The notes under the pieces: generated by a model
Database searches by the model: none
Told to the model about the DNA's origin: nothing
Seen by the model: the letters and a program-made list of their open reading frames with translations, nothing else
Position numbers and translations under genes: made by a program
Part shown: piece after piece, positions 25,096 to 33,730 of the stretch
How positions within the stretch are numbered: the stretch's first letter is position 1
How the letters are laid out: every line of letters starts with the position of its first letter
Source of the DNA: Patescibacteria group bacterium
Lineage (GTDB): Bacteria > Patescibacteriota > Patescibacteriia > Magasanikbacterales > GWA2-37-8
Assembly: GCA_028688375.1 (NCBI GenBank)
Contig: JAQTYG010000004.1
Location: 1 to 61,934 of the forward strand
DNA length: 61,934 bases
Direction: 5' to 3'

Positions 25096-28000
25096 ATGTA
25101 CAACGTCATTAAGAGAGTTTTCACTTTCAGCGTTGTCGCCTCGACCATTATGTGGTCGGTCGGCGTGGCTGCTTTGATCCCGTCTGTGGCTCAAGGCGCG
25201 ACTTGTCCGACTTTGGCGGCTGGTGACATGGTAAAAGTCACCGGTAAAGCGGCTATCTATGCCGTGAACAACGATTTGAAAGTTTTGTATTTCCCTTCCG
25301 GTGATGAGTTCAAGTCCTGGAGACCGACCTATGGTGGTTATATCTCCATCACTCAGGAATGCTTCGATTCCCTTAGCGTTCCGACCGCCTATCCGGGCGC
25401 CGTGAACTATCACCCGGGTTCCTATGTCGTCAAGCGCCCGTCTTCCGACCAATTGTATGTCGTGGAGCCGAGCAACACCTTAGCCAAAATCACCGCGGCC
25501 GCCGCCACCACTTTGTATGGCGCCGGTTACAAGGTGATGACCGTGGCTGATACTTTCTGGCCGCATTATGTTAGTCGCGGTTCAGATATCTCCACCGGCA
25601 TTGCCCACCCGGGCTTTTTGGCCAAAGTGGACGGAGTCACCTATTATGTTGATTCCGACAGCAAACTCCGCGTGGTTACTGCGGCCGGTATGACTGCGAA
25701 CGGCTTCCAAGAGAGGTTTGTTCACACTCTTACTTCCGCTGCCATCGCCGGCTTAACTGCCGGTGCGGAGATCTCTGCCGAAATTAAGGCCGTCACTGAT
25801 AAAACCCAATCCGGCGGCGTAACCGGCGGTCAGACCACCAACTTCAGCGTGTCGTTGGCTTCTGACAACCCGGCTGGCGCCAACATCCCGGCTAAAACTA
25901 CCAACTTATCCATGCTTAAATTCGTGGTGGGTGGTACCGGTACTGTCAGTGAAGTCGTGGTTAAACGTGGTGGCGTCGGTGCTTCTACCGATTTCTCCGC
26001 TGTTTACCTGTACAACGGTTCTACCCGCTTAACCAGCGGACGCACCGTGGCTTCTGATACCGGCAATGTTACCTTCACCAACTTGGGCGTCACTGCTCCG
26101 GCCACTTTGACCGTGGTAGCTGACATCGCGGCTGCTCCGGGTGCTAACACCAACAATTTCTCGGTCGTTAAAGTGAACAGCGATACGGTAAATGTTGCGG
26201 GTAATTACTTTACCATCAACTCTACCATCTCTGCTTCTACCGCGACCGTCGCGGAAGTTACTGCCAGCTGGGAAGTCGTTTTAGGCACCAGCCAGGCGGA
26301 AGTTGGCAAGTTTAGCATCACCGGTGGCACCAATGACCAAACCGTTTCTCGCGTGACTTTGCGCCAGGGCGGTTCATTGGCCAACAGCAACTTGAAGAAC
26401 CTGAAATTATATCAGGGTTCCACATTGGTTGCGACGGCCGATGCTTTGGTCGGCGACAAGGCCATTATGAGCTTCACCGTACCGTTCTCCATCCCGAAGA
26501 GCCAGCAAAAGAACTTCACCTTGTATGCTGACATCGTTGGCGGTCGTACTGCCGATGATATCAACTTCTACATTGATGAAGATTCCGATGTGGCTGTGAC
26601 TGATGTGTTATACGGCGTGGGCGCGGACATCACCAACAATTTTGCGTTGAATGATCAAACCGTGACCATGGCTGGTGGTCAAATCACCCTGGCCTCCAAT
26701 GGCCCGGCGGCGACCACCTACGCGGCGAACACCACCAACCTTGATCTGTATAAATTCTCCCTGTCTTCAGAGCGCAATATCACCATCAAGAAGTCCAAAA
26801 TCACCATCACCACCACCACGGCCGGCATCTTCAACAATGCCCACGTGAAAAACATCAAAGTGGTTGACTTGGATTCTGGCAACACCTTGGTTGGTCCTTA
26901 TTCCACTCTCGCTTCTCTGACCGCGGACACGGCGAGCATTTATGCCGTTACTTCATCCGACTCCTTTGATGTCTCGGCCGGCACCACTCGCCACTTGGCG
27001 ATTCGCGCTGACTTTGACACCAGCTTGACTGACGGAGCCGTGGTAAAGGCCGGCTTTTTCTTGGGTGGTGCGAACTTCGTGTACGATAATGACGCGTCCG
27101 AATATGTCGCGGCCACCAAAATCGTCCCGAACACCATCTCCGGCAACAACATCACCGGCTCTACCGCCAGTTTGACTATCACCAAGACAGCTACTCCGGC
27201 CAACAACACCGCTGTCCGTGGCACTCAAGATGTTGAATTGCTCGGTATCAACTTCGCCGCCGGCACTTCCGACAGCTTGAAGTTGAATAAGGTTACAGTG
27301 AGATTCTACGCCGACACCGCCGCTACCTTCCATGGTACTGCTGGTGCCACTTCCGGCGCTGGAGACACTGCAGCCAACACCATTATCACCTCAGCCAGTT
27401 TGTGGGACGGTACCACCCAAGTCGGCACTCTCAAGGGCTTGACTTTGGATTCCGGTACCACCTTTACTGCTGACGACAGCTACTACACTGCTTCCTTCAC
27501 CAACTTGGCTTACGCCATCCCGAAGGGAACCCAGAAAAAATTGGTGGTTAAGGTCAATTTGACCAACACCTATCTCACCACCAAATATGTAGCCGCCGAC
27601 TTGGATAAGAACGCTGATATCGAAGCGGAAAATAGCAACGGTAATTTGGTGACGATCTCTACCGCGCAGTTGAACGGCGGTACCGACTTCACCCCGTCCC
27701 CGTACTTGACCGCCTACCAGAGTGGTAGCTTGGTTATATCTGTTGACGGTGCTACCCCGCAGGCCGACATCTCGGTCATGGGCAACACCGGTGTGGCGTT
27801 CACCAAGTACAAACTCCGCGCTACCAATGAGGCCTTCACCATCGTTGGCGCCAAGATCGTGTCTGATTATACCAGCACGGCCGGCGACAAAGATGTGAAC
27901 CTCACCAAGGTTATCGTGGAATACAAGGATGCCAACGGCAACACCGTTCCTAAAGACGGTTACCTGTCCGATGGCGCCTTGACTTTCGCCGATGGTCAAT

Positions 28001-28803
28001 TAGAGATCCCGGTGCCGATCAACCAGGATACCTACATCACCATTAAAGGTGATTTGAACACTGACACCGGAGGCGCTTACTCTGGCCGAACTCTCAAGCT
28101 CGGTTTAGAGAAAGAGACCCTCTTGGCTCAGTGGGGTACCACGACCACCGCCGGAAACAACGCCTTGTCCGATAACTTCATCGCGTTAGGCGTGAGTTCC
28201 AACAACAAGTTGTACGGCAACACCAACAGCACCACTATCGTTAGTGCGTCCTCTGGTATTGACCATACCAACATTAATGCCCAGACCATCAGCAAGACCA
28301 AAGTGACTGTCGCCAATAACATGGCTGACCGCAGCGGCTCGCAACAGACCTCCGACAAAGTCGGTGTGTTCTCCTTCACCTCAACCGGTGAACCGGGCAG
28401 CAACCAAAAGTCCACTTTGGTTAGTACCACCATCCAATTGAAAGGCAGCTTCCTTGCCCCGACCGGCGACACCGTTGTCACCGCCTCGTTCTACAATGGA
28501 GCCACCTATGATGCCGCCCACTTGATGGGTTCGGTGCTCTTGGATGTGGCTTCATCTTCCGCGACTAACGCCACTGGCGCTACGTTCACGAACATGAATG
28601 AGTTCGAAGGCACCATCAATGTCCATGTCGTCGTTGACACCACCGACACCGATCTTTACGCTGTCGCTGGCTCCAACAAGACTTTGGGCTGCGTCGTCAC
28701 CACCTACAAGTGGAAAGATGGCAACAATGATGCTACCGACTCCGTTACCTCTCCGGTCACCGGCGTCCCGGTCACTGGCGGCAACGTCACCTACAGTCTG
28801 TAA
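25096..28803 (+). CDS. 1235-aa secreted beta-rich surface protein (S-layer/adhesin candidate)
   Basis: Signal peptide MYNVIKRVFTFSVVASTIMWSVGVAALIPSVAQGA. At least 7 diverged modules of about 100-120 aa (..LKFVVGG.., ..VGKFSITGG.., ..LYKFSLSS.., ..LLGINFAAG..). Thr/Ala/Asn/Gly-rich with C-ending codons throughout. Confidence 0.7.
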   Translation: MYNVIKRVFTFSVVASTIMWSVGVAALIPSVAQGATCPTLAAGDMVKVTGKAAIYAVNNDLKVLYFPSGDEFKSWRPTYGGYISITQECFDSLSVPTAYPGAVNYHPGSYVVKRPSSDQLYVVEPSNTLAKITAAAATTLYGAGYKVMTVADTFWPHYVSRGSDISTGIAHPGFLAKVDGVTYYVDSDSKLRVVTAAGMTANGFQERFVHTLTSAAIAGLTAGAEISAEIKAVTDKTQSGGVTGGQTTNFSVSLASDNPAGANIPAKTTNLSMLKFVVGGTGTVSEVVVKRGGVGASTDFSAVYLYNGSTRLTSGRTVASDTGNVTFTNLGVTAPATLTVVADIAAAPGANTNNFSVVKVNSDTVNVAGNYFTINSTISASTATVAEVTASWEVVLGTSQAEVGKFSITGGTNDQTVSRVTLRQGGSLANSNLKNLKLYQGSTLVATADALVGDKAIMSFTVPFSIPKSQQKNFTLYADIVGGRTADDINFYIDEDSDVAVTDVLYGVGADITNNFALNDQTVTMAGGQITLASNGPAATTYAANTTNLDLYKFSLSSERNITIKKSKITITTTTAGIFNNAHVKNIKVVDLDSGNTLVGPYSTLASLTADTASIYAVTSSDSFDVSAGTTRHLAIRADFDTSLTDGAVVKAGFFLGGANFVYDNDASEYVAATKIVPNTISGNNITGSTASLTITKTATPANNTAVRGTQDVELLGINFAAGTSDSLKLNKVTVRFYADTAATFHGTAGATSGAGDTAANTIITSASLWDGTTQVGTLKGLTLDSGTTFTADDSYYTASFTNLAYAIPKGTQKKLVVKVNLTNTYLTTKYVAADLDKNADIEAENSNGNLVTISTAQLNGGTDFTPSPYLTAYQSGSLVISVDGATPQADISVMGNTGVAFTKYKLRATNEAFTIVGAKIVSDYTSTAGDKDVNLTKVIVEYKDANGNTVPKDGYLSDGALTFADGQLEIPVPINQDTYITIKGDLNTDTGGAYSGRTLKLGLEKETLLAQWGTTTTAGNNALSDNFIALGVSSNNKLYGNTNSTTIVSASSGIDHTNINAQTISKTKVTVANNMADRSGSQQTSDKVGVFSFTSTGEPGSNQKSTLVSTTIQLKGSFLAPTGDTVVTASFYNGATYDAAHLMGSVLLDVASSSATNATGATFTNMNEFEGTINVHVVVDTTDTDLYAVAGSNKTLGCVVTTYKWKDGNNDATDSVTSPVTGVPVTGGNVTYSL

Positions 28804-28857
28804 GGACTAATAGGTTAAGCAGTCAAAAGGTTTCTCGATATCTAACAATCGTAAAAC

Positions 28858-28886
28858 AAAGACGCCCTGCAGGGCGTCTTTGTTTT
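28858..28886 (+). terminator. Terminator after the surface-protein gene
   Basis: AAAGACGCCCTGCAGGGCGTCTTT followed by GTTTT. Confidence 0.7.
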
Positions 28887-28889
28887 ATG

Positions 28890-28928
28890 TTCCCCCTCTC
28901 TTGCCAAGAGAGGGGCTAGGGGATAGTC
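28890..28928 (+). repeat. Repeat R1 (CCCCTCTCTTGCCAAGAGAGGGG-CTAGGGG-ATAGTC)
   Basis: One of three near-identical direct copies. Confidence 0.8.
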
Positions 28929-29046
28929 CGGGAGGTTATCCACAGCCACGGCGCCCGTTCGGGCGTGTGGCGTGATATAATATATGCATTGAAGAAGGAG
29001 GGGGAGAAACAATTCGTGTCAAAACGGATTGTTTTTTGAAAAAATA

Positions 29047-29084
29047 TTCCCCTCTCTTGCCAAGAGAGGGGTTAGGGGAGAGTC
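29047..29084 (+). repeat. Repeat R2
   Basis: TTCCCCTCTCTTGCCAAGAGAGGGGTTAGGGGAGAGTC. Ends 2 nt before the DUF559 ATG. Confidence 0.8.
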
Positions 29085-29086
29085 TT

Positions 29087-29479
29087 ATGCCGGAATTATT
29101 TAACAAAAAACACCTCTTGAGTTATCAAAGAAATTTGAGAAATAAAATGACCAAGAGCGAGGTGGTTTTTTGGAGCCGTGTTAGAAACGACCAGCTCGGT
29201 GTCAGGTTCCGTCGCCAATATGGCATCGGGAAATACATAGTGGATTTTTATTGTCCACAGTTAAAACTCGCCATAGAAATTGACGGCCTTACTCACAGCG
29301 ATGAGAAAGTTTTTGCCAAAGACGAACAGCGACAAAAATATTTAGAAGGTCTCAGAGTGATTGTCCGGCGTTATAATAGCGGTGATGTGATAAGAAAAAT
29401 TGAAGATATAATTTTTGATTTATTTCATTTTATAGATGAGCTGAAAAAGAGGACTCCACCCCAGCCCTCCTCTTCGTAA
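29087..29479 (+). CDS. DUF559 (Vsr-like endonuclease fold) protein
   Basis: NLRNKMTKSEVVFWSRVRNDQLGVRFRRQYGIGKYIVDFYCPQLKLAIEIDG is the canonical DUF559 core. The track start 29036 merely translates repeat R2. Confidence 0.8.
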   Translation: MPELFNKKHLLSYQRNLRNKMTKSEVVFWSRVRNDQLGVRFRRQYGIGKYIVDFYCPQLKLAIEIDGLTHSDEKVFAKDEQRQKYLEGLRVIVRRYNSGDVIRKIEDIIFDLFHFIDELKKRTPPQPSSS

Positions 29480-29496
29480 GAGGAGGGAGGCGAACG

Positions 29497-29535
29497 CTCC
29501 CCCTCTCTTGTCAAGAGAGGGGCTAGGGGAGAGTC
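29497..29535 (+). repeat. Repeat R3
   Basis: CTCCCCCTCTCTTGTCAAGAGAGGGGCTAGGGGAGAGTC. Preceded by hairpin CCCTCCTCTT-cgt-AAGAGGAGGG (29465-29487), which contains the DUF559 stop codon. Confidence 0.8.
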
Positions 29536-29579
29536 GGAAAATAGCTGCGGATTAATTTTTTTAAAAATAAATTTATTGT

Positions 29580-30098
29580 ATGTCTAAAAAAATTTTCGTC
29601 GTCGTGTTGGTGGTCGTAGCCGTGTTAATTGCCGGCTTTCTTTGTTGGCGTTATATGGGCGCGGAGTGGTGGCAGGTGAAACAGCATAAAATCGCGCTGG
29701 GCCTGGCCAATCCGAATTTTCCTTGGTTTGATCGAAGCGAGGCCGAGTTGGCCAAGCTTTATCCGCAAGTAAAAAATGCCGACGTGCCGACGCGCGTAAC
29801 GCCGGAAGAAACGTATGCCAAATTTCGCCAGGGGCTTAAAGAAAATAATTTGGATTTGGTATTGGCGCAGTTGAGCGTGGATTCTTCGCGCTATGATTCC
29901 AATGTCACGGCGGTGAGAAAGGCGTTTGCGGAGGGGAAGTTCGCGGAGATTTTTGGGAAGTATCCGGAAAAAATAACGGAGTCGTGGACGGGGGATACGA
30001 TAAGCCAATACAATTTTGTCGAATTTGATAGCGATTATCTTCATATGATTGAGTTTAAAAAGAATGCCGACGGTGTTTGGGAAATTGATATATATTAA
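29580..30098 (+). CDS. Hypothetical N-terminally anchored protein
   Basis: TM helix IFVVVLVVVAVLIAGFLCW followed by a soluble domain. No motif recognised. Confidence 0.45.
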   Translation: MSKKIFVVVLVVVAVLIAGFLCWRYMGAEWWQVKQHKIALGLANPNFPWFDRSEAELAKLYPQVKNADVPTRVTPEETYAKFRQGLKENNLDLVLAQLSVDSSRYDSNVTAVRKAFAEGKFAEIFGKYPEKITESWTGDTISQYNFVEFDSDYLHMIEFKKNADGVWEIDIY

Positions 30099-30101
30099 TT
30101 T

Positions 30102-30126
30102 GTCATCCCCGCGAAGGCGGGGATCC
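30102..30126. repeat. GTCATCCCCGC-gaag-GCGGGGATCC hairpin
   Basis: Member of the GTCATTCCCGC..GCGGGAATGAC family (also at 44034-44133). Abuts the AGGAGG SD of the next gene. Confidence 0.7.
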
Positions 30127-30139
30127 AGGAGGTAAAATT

Positions 30140-32809
30140 ATGAGGAGGAGGACAAAATTGTTAATAACAGCCGTTCTTGTTTTAACGGTTTTTTTATTAT
30201 CTAAACAGGTATTTTCGTACGATACCAACGTCGCCCACCCGTATTTAACGGAAAAAGCCATTAATATATACAATAGTCATTTTAGCAATAAAATTTCCGA
30301 TAATGATAAACAAAACATCGTTCAAGGCGCCATAGATGAAGATACGCCAATTCGTTGGATGAATCATTTTTTTGAGCCGAACCAAAATGTAGGCTTGCTC
30401 GGTTTTCAGACCGCTAAAAATTGGGCGCAAAATGGCGGTAGTCAGGAAGTTTACGCGATAGGCGATCAATCTTGGCAAACGGCCATTGACGCGTATGGTA
30501 ACGGTGAAAATAAAAAAGCGTTTCTTGCCCTTGGTCATACGCTCCATCTGATTGAAGATATGACCGTGCCGGCGCATACACGTTTGGATGTCCATGTTTT
30601 TAACGGCGGTGATCCATATGAACAATGGGTGAAAAATAATCAGCCGTCAGCCGAAGTGAAACAAATAAACTATTTTAGCGATTTAAATAAATATTTTCAG
30701 GATTTAGCTAATTTTTCAAATAATAATTTTTTTAGTGAAGATACGATTGGTATAAATAGTACAGAATATTTTGTTAGAAAATTAAGCGGTGGAAATAAAA
30801 TTAAGTGCCTAAAAGGCGAGTTGGATAAAAATATCTTTTGTTTGTTGCGTTGCGATACCGATTATTTTAAGGGTGAAGTGTGTAAAATTGACAACACCGT
30901 CAACTCCGACTACTTCTCCATCCTCGCCCCCAAAGCCGTATCCTACGGCGCCGGAGTGATCCAGTTGTTTTTTGAACAAGGGGAAAAACTAAGAGCAGAC
31001 AAAGCCGCCGCGCAAAAAAATTTATTTAGAAAATTTTTGGAAAGCCTAAACCTATTCGTTCTGAACAACGGAAAAATCGTTTCTGTCGCCGACCTGTCAA
31101 ACGGCCCGCGCCTGCCTCAATCCACGCCGTTAGCTACCATCCAATCGGCCAAACCCACGCCGAAAGCACCCCGAGCACCCCAAACACCACAGCACGAAAA
31201 CACTATAACGCCCAAACACGACAGCACCGTGCCGTTTTCTTCATCTTCATCAATTCCATCACCGCCTCCACCAATTCCATCATCCACAACAACGGAGGAC
31301 GGCATCGGCGGTTATCCGATTGACGATGAGTTACCCTCTTCCACTTTTGATTATAACGGTTTTTTTGGCACGCCTCCGACGGTAATAATAACCCCCACTG
31401 CCACCCCGCCGGCCGAACCCTGGCCCACACCGACCACTGATCCGATTTTTTCCGACCTTCTTTACACTTCATCCAGCCCAACGCGAATATTCGGCGTCTG
31501 CGCCACCAATACCCAATCAATCCTCGTTTTCCACGACACCGTCGCCACCACTTCACCGGCGATATTCGTCCCGATAACCGCCACCGTCAGCAACACCACT
31601 TGGTCAGCCGAAGTCGCGCCCACATACAACACCAACTTTTTCTATGTTTCCGCCCTCGGCCCGCCCGACACCGCCACCTCGTCGTTATCCGAACCGGTGG
31701 AAATTATTTATGATAACATCGCGCCGACCACCACGGCTTTCACTTCAGCCATCACCGCCACCTCCACCACCTCATCCATAATTCATTTGGAATTTTCCGC
31801 CACCGACGAACTTTCTCCACCCGCGCTTTACGATTTGGAAAATTTATCCCCGAGCGGAACCGAATGGGCGTCGTTACTTCGGCAATCCGCCAGCACCAGT
31901 TATGATTTTATCGCCACCAGTTCGGGAGATTATTCTTTCCGTCTCCGTGCCTCCGACGCGCTCGGCAATTTTTCCGACTGGACAACAACAACCATCACCG
32001 CGGCTATCACGCCGGAAGTTTTTGTTTATAATTATCTTGACGGCACGCAAACCGACGCTGAAGTTACGCTGACCAAAGACGGCAGTCCGTACATTTTAAA
32101 AACATATACCGTACCGCTCGGAAAAACTCTGCGTATTGAAGCGGGCACGGTCATCAAAGGATTTAGCCAAACTTCTTTGCTGGATATTCACGGCTCGTTA
32201 TCAGTGGCAGGCACAGCCGAAGACCGGGTTATTTTCACCTCGGTTCAAGACAGAAGTTTTACCAGCACCCGGCTCAACGCCGCCGATCTCGGTTCGGCTA
32301 ATTCGCCCCAGCCATGGGATTGGGTGGGTGTTTGGTTTGATTATGTTAGTTGGACAGACCCCGGGGGAAGCGGAACGATTAATCATACCGATTTTCGTTA
32401 TTCCGGTTCTGACCCGTATCTTTGCGCCGCCGCCGTGGCCACCTGCGGGGCTTTCAGTCGGACGATTTATTTGGACGCGGCTACACTAATAGCCGACGAC
32501 ATTTCTTTTGTGGATAGCGGTTTAAATATTTTTTATAGTGAAGAGGGGTCTTCGTTAACACTTTCCAATTCCACACTGGACGGCGCGCTGAATCCGCTGT
32601 CTGATTATGACCCGACAGATTACGGTATATATATGAAAACCGGTTCGCTTAATTTGTCCGCGGTTAATTTCCAAAACCTGCCTTACGGCATTGCTTCGGT
32701 TTCGCGTTCTTCAAATTGGCCGTCCATCACCGTTGATGCCGGTTTTTCCTCCGCCAATTTTATCAATGTGGATACTCCGGTCTCACCGGCGGGGATGCTG
32801 GCGTTATAA
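30140..32809 (+). CDS. Secreted multidomain protein with an N-terminal zinc-dependent phospholipase C / P1-nuclease-like domain
   Basis: Signal/anchor, then HPYLTEKA..ALGHTLHLIEDMTVPAHT metal-ligand pattern. A Pro/Thr-rich linker is followed by Ig-like and beta-helix-like C-terminal regions. Confidence 0.55.
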   Translation: MRRRTKLLITAVLVLTVFLLSKQVFSYDTNVAHPYLTEKAINIYNSHFSNKISDNDKQNIVQGAIDEDTPIRWMNHFFEPNQNVGLLGFQTAKNWAQNGGSQEVYAIGDQSWQTAIDAYGNGENKKAFLALGHTLHLIEDMTVPAHTRLDVHVFNGGDPYEQWVKNNQPSAEVKQINYFSDLNKYFQDLANFSNNNFFSEDTIGINSTEYFVRKLSGGNKIKCLKGELDKNIFCLLRCDTDYFKGEVCKIDNTVNSDYFSILAPKAVSYGAGVIQLFFEQGEKLRADKAAAQKNLFRKFLESLNLFVLNNGKIVSVADLSNGPRLPQSTPLATIQSAKPTPKAPRAPQTPQHENTITPKHDSTVPFSSSSSIPSPPPPIPSSTTTEDGIGGYPIDDELPSSTFDYNGFFGTPPTVIITPTATPPAEPWPTPTTDPIFSDLLYTSSSPTRIFGVCATNTQSILVFHDTVATTSPAIFVPITATVSNTTWSAEVAPTYNTNFFYVSALGPPDTATSSLSEPVEIIYDNIAPTTTAFTSAITATSTTSSIIHLEFSATDELSPPALYDLENLSPSGTEWASLLRQSASTSYDFIATSSGDYSFRLRASDALGNFSDWTTTTITAAITPEVFVYNYLDGTQTDAEVTLTKDGSPYILKTYTVPLGKTLRIEAGTVIKGFSQTSLLDIHGSLSVAGTAEDRVIFTSVQDRSFTSTRLNAADLGSANSPQPWDWVGVWFDYVSWTDPGGSGTINHTDFRYSGSDPYLCAAAVATCGAFSRTIYLDAATLIADDISFVDSGLNIFYSEEGSSLTLSNSTLDGALNPLSDYDPTDYGIYMKTGSLNLSAVNFQNLPYGIASVSRSSNWPSITVDAGFSSANFINVDTPVSPAGMLAL

Positions 32810-32825
32810 AAAATAAAGTAAAATT

Positions 32826-32853
32826 AAAAAGCCCGCCTCTTCGGCGGGTTTTG
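32826..32853. terminator. Bidirectional terminator
   Basis: AAAAA-GCCCGCC-tcttc-GGCGGGT-TTT, between convergent genes. Confidence 0.65.
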
Positions 32854-32888
32854 CGTTTGGTGTGCTTCGGGGCGGGAGAGAAGCGGGG

Positions 32889-33473
32889 TTAAGGTGCGGG
32901 AAAGAGCGGGGCGAGGGGATTGACGAGGTAAATGGCGAAGAGATTCGGCTCGTAGGTGTCGTTCTTGACACCGTACGCGTGAATCTTCCATCCGCCGATC
33001 TGGATGGCCCAATGGTCCTTCAACCACTTGTCGCGATTCGCCAGCGCGGCCTTCACTTTGTTGCCGCACCTGAGCGTGTGGCCGTTGACGCCGGTGACTC
33101 GGCAGTCGCTGTAGGCCGCGGCCGTGAACTGTTGGCGGTAGGGCGTCATCTCGCGCGAGATGACCATCTGGTTGAACACCAGCATGAAGGCGCCGACTAC
33201 CCCGATGAAGTAGGCGGTGTAGCAGAATCGGTTCGAGAGGCGGTGCTGGAACTGCTTGATGAGAACGAACATGAGGCCGAGGCCGGCGAAGTAGCACAGC
33301 ACTACGCCGATCTCCTTGAGCACGTCGATCCCGTTCATGGCGAGTTGGGCGCCCAGGATGTCGGCCACGATCTTCAGCCCCATTACGCCACTGATGAACA
33401 CCACCAGCAGAATGAAGGGCATGATCGCGCGCTTCTTATCCTCTTTCTCCATCTTCTCCAGAATATCTTCCAT
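32889..33473 (-). CDS. GC-rich membrane protein of unknown function (3 TM plus a Cys-containing C-terminal domain)
   Basis: Strong SD (AAGGAGAGGG) before the ATG and G/C-dominated third positions. Several overlapping ORFs in other frames are the usual high-GC artefact. Confidence 0.55.
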   Translation of the reverse strand: MEDILEKMEKEDKKRAIMPFILLVVFISGVMGLKIVADILGAQLAMNGIDVLKEIGVVLCYFAGLGLMFVLIKQFQHRLSNRFCYTAYFIGVVGAFMLVFNQMVISREMTPYRQQFTAAAYSDCRVTGVNGHTLRCGNKVKAALANRDKWLKDHWAIQIGGWKIHAYGVKNDTYEPNLFAIYLVNPLAPLFPAP

Positions 33474-33683
33474 TTTCCCTCTCCTTTTGGTTTTGATTGT
33501 GAAAAAACACCTGTTTTTCGCTATTTAACACAGAAGTATAAGCAGAGCTTGAAATCGCGGCGTTGCTCACAAATTGGAAAATAAATTTTCCATTTGTTCA
33601 CAACTTGCGATTATAGCACATTTTGGGCAAAAAGTCAAGGGGGGAGGTCGAGGTGATTTTTTGTGTATTTTCGCCATGTTTTA

Positions 33684-33692
33684 TGATATAAT
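33684..33692 (+). promoter_or_regulatory. Extended -10 (TGaTATAAT) upstream of the hydrogenase block
   Basis: Read directly, 39 nt before ATG 33731. No good -35 box. Confidence 0.35.
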
Positions 33693-33730
33693 GTAATACA
33701 GTATAAAATTAGAAATTACCGTCTCACTTT

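Noticed and set aside
32824-33584. 157-aa (minus) and 240-aa (plus) ORFs overlapping the GC-rich gene
   Set aside because: They are Arg/Pro/His- or Gly/Asp/Glu-rich translations typical of off-frame reading of high-GC DNA. Only 32889..33473 has TM helices, an SD and a sensible start.
33567-33607. Rex-operator-like sequence upstream of the hydrogenase block (TCACAAATTG..TTGTTCACAACTTG)
   Set aside because: Only TTCACAA half-sites are present, as direct repeats 31 nt apart. The full TTGTGAA-N-TTCACAA palindrome is absent, and no rex gene is in the window. It remains a weak possibility only.
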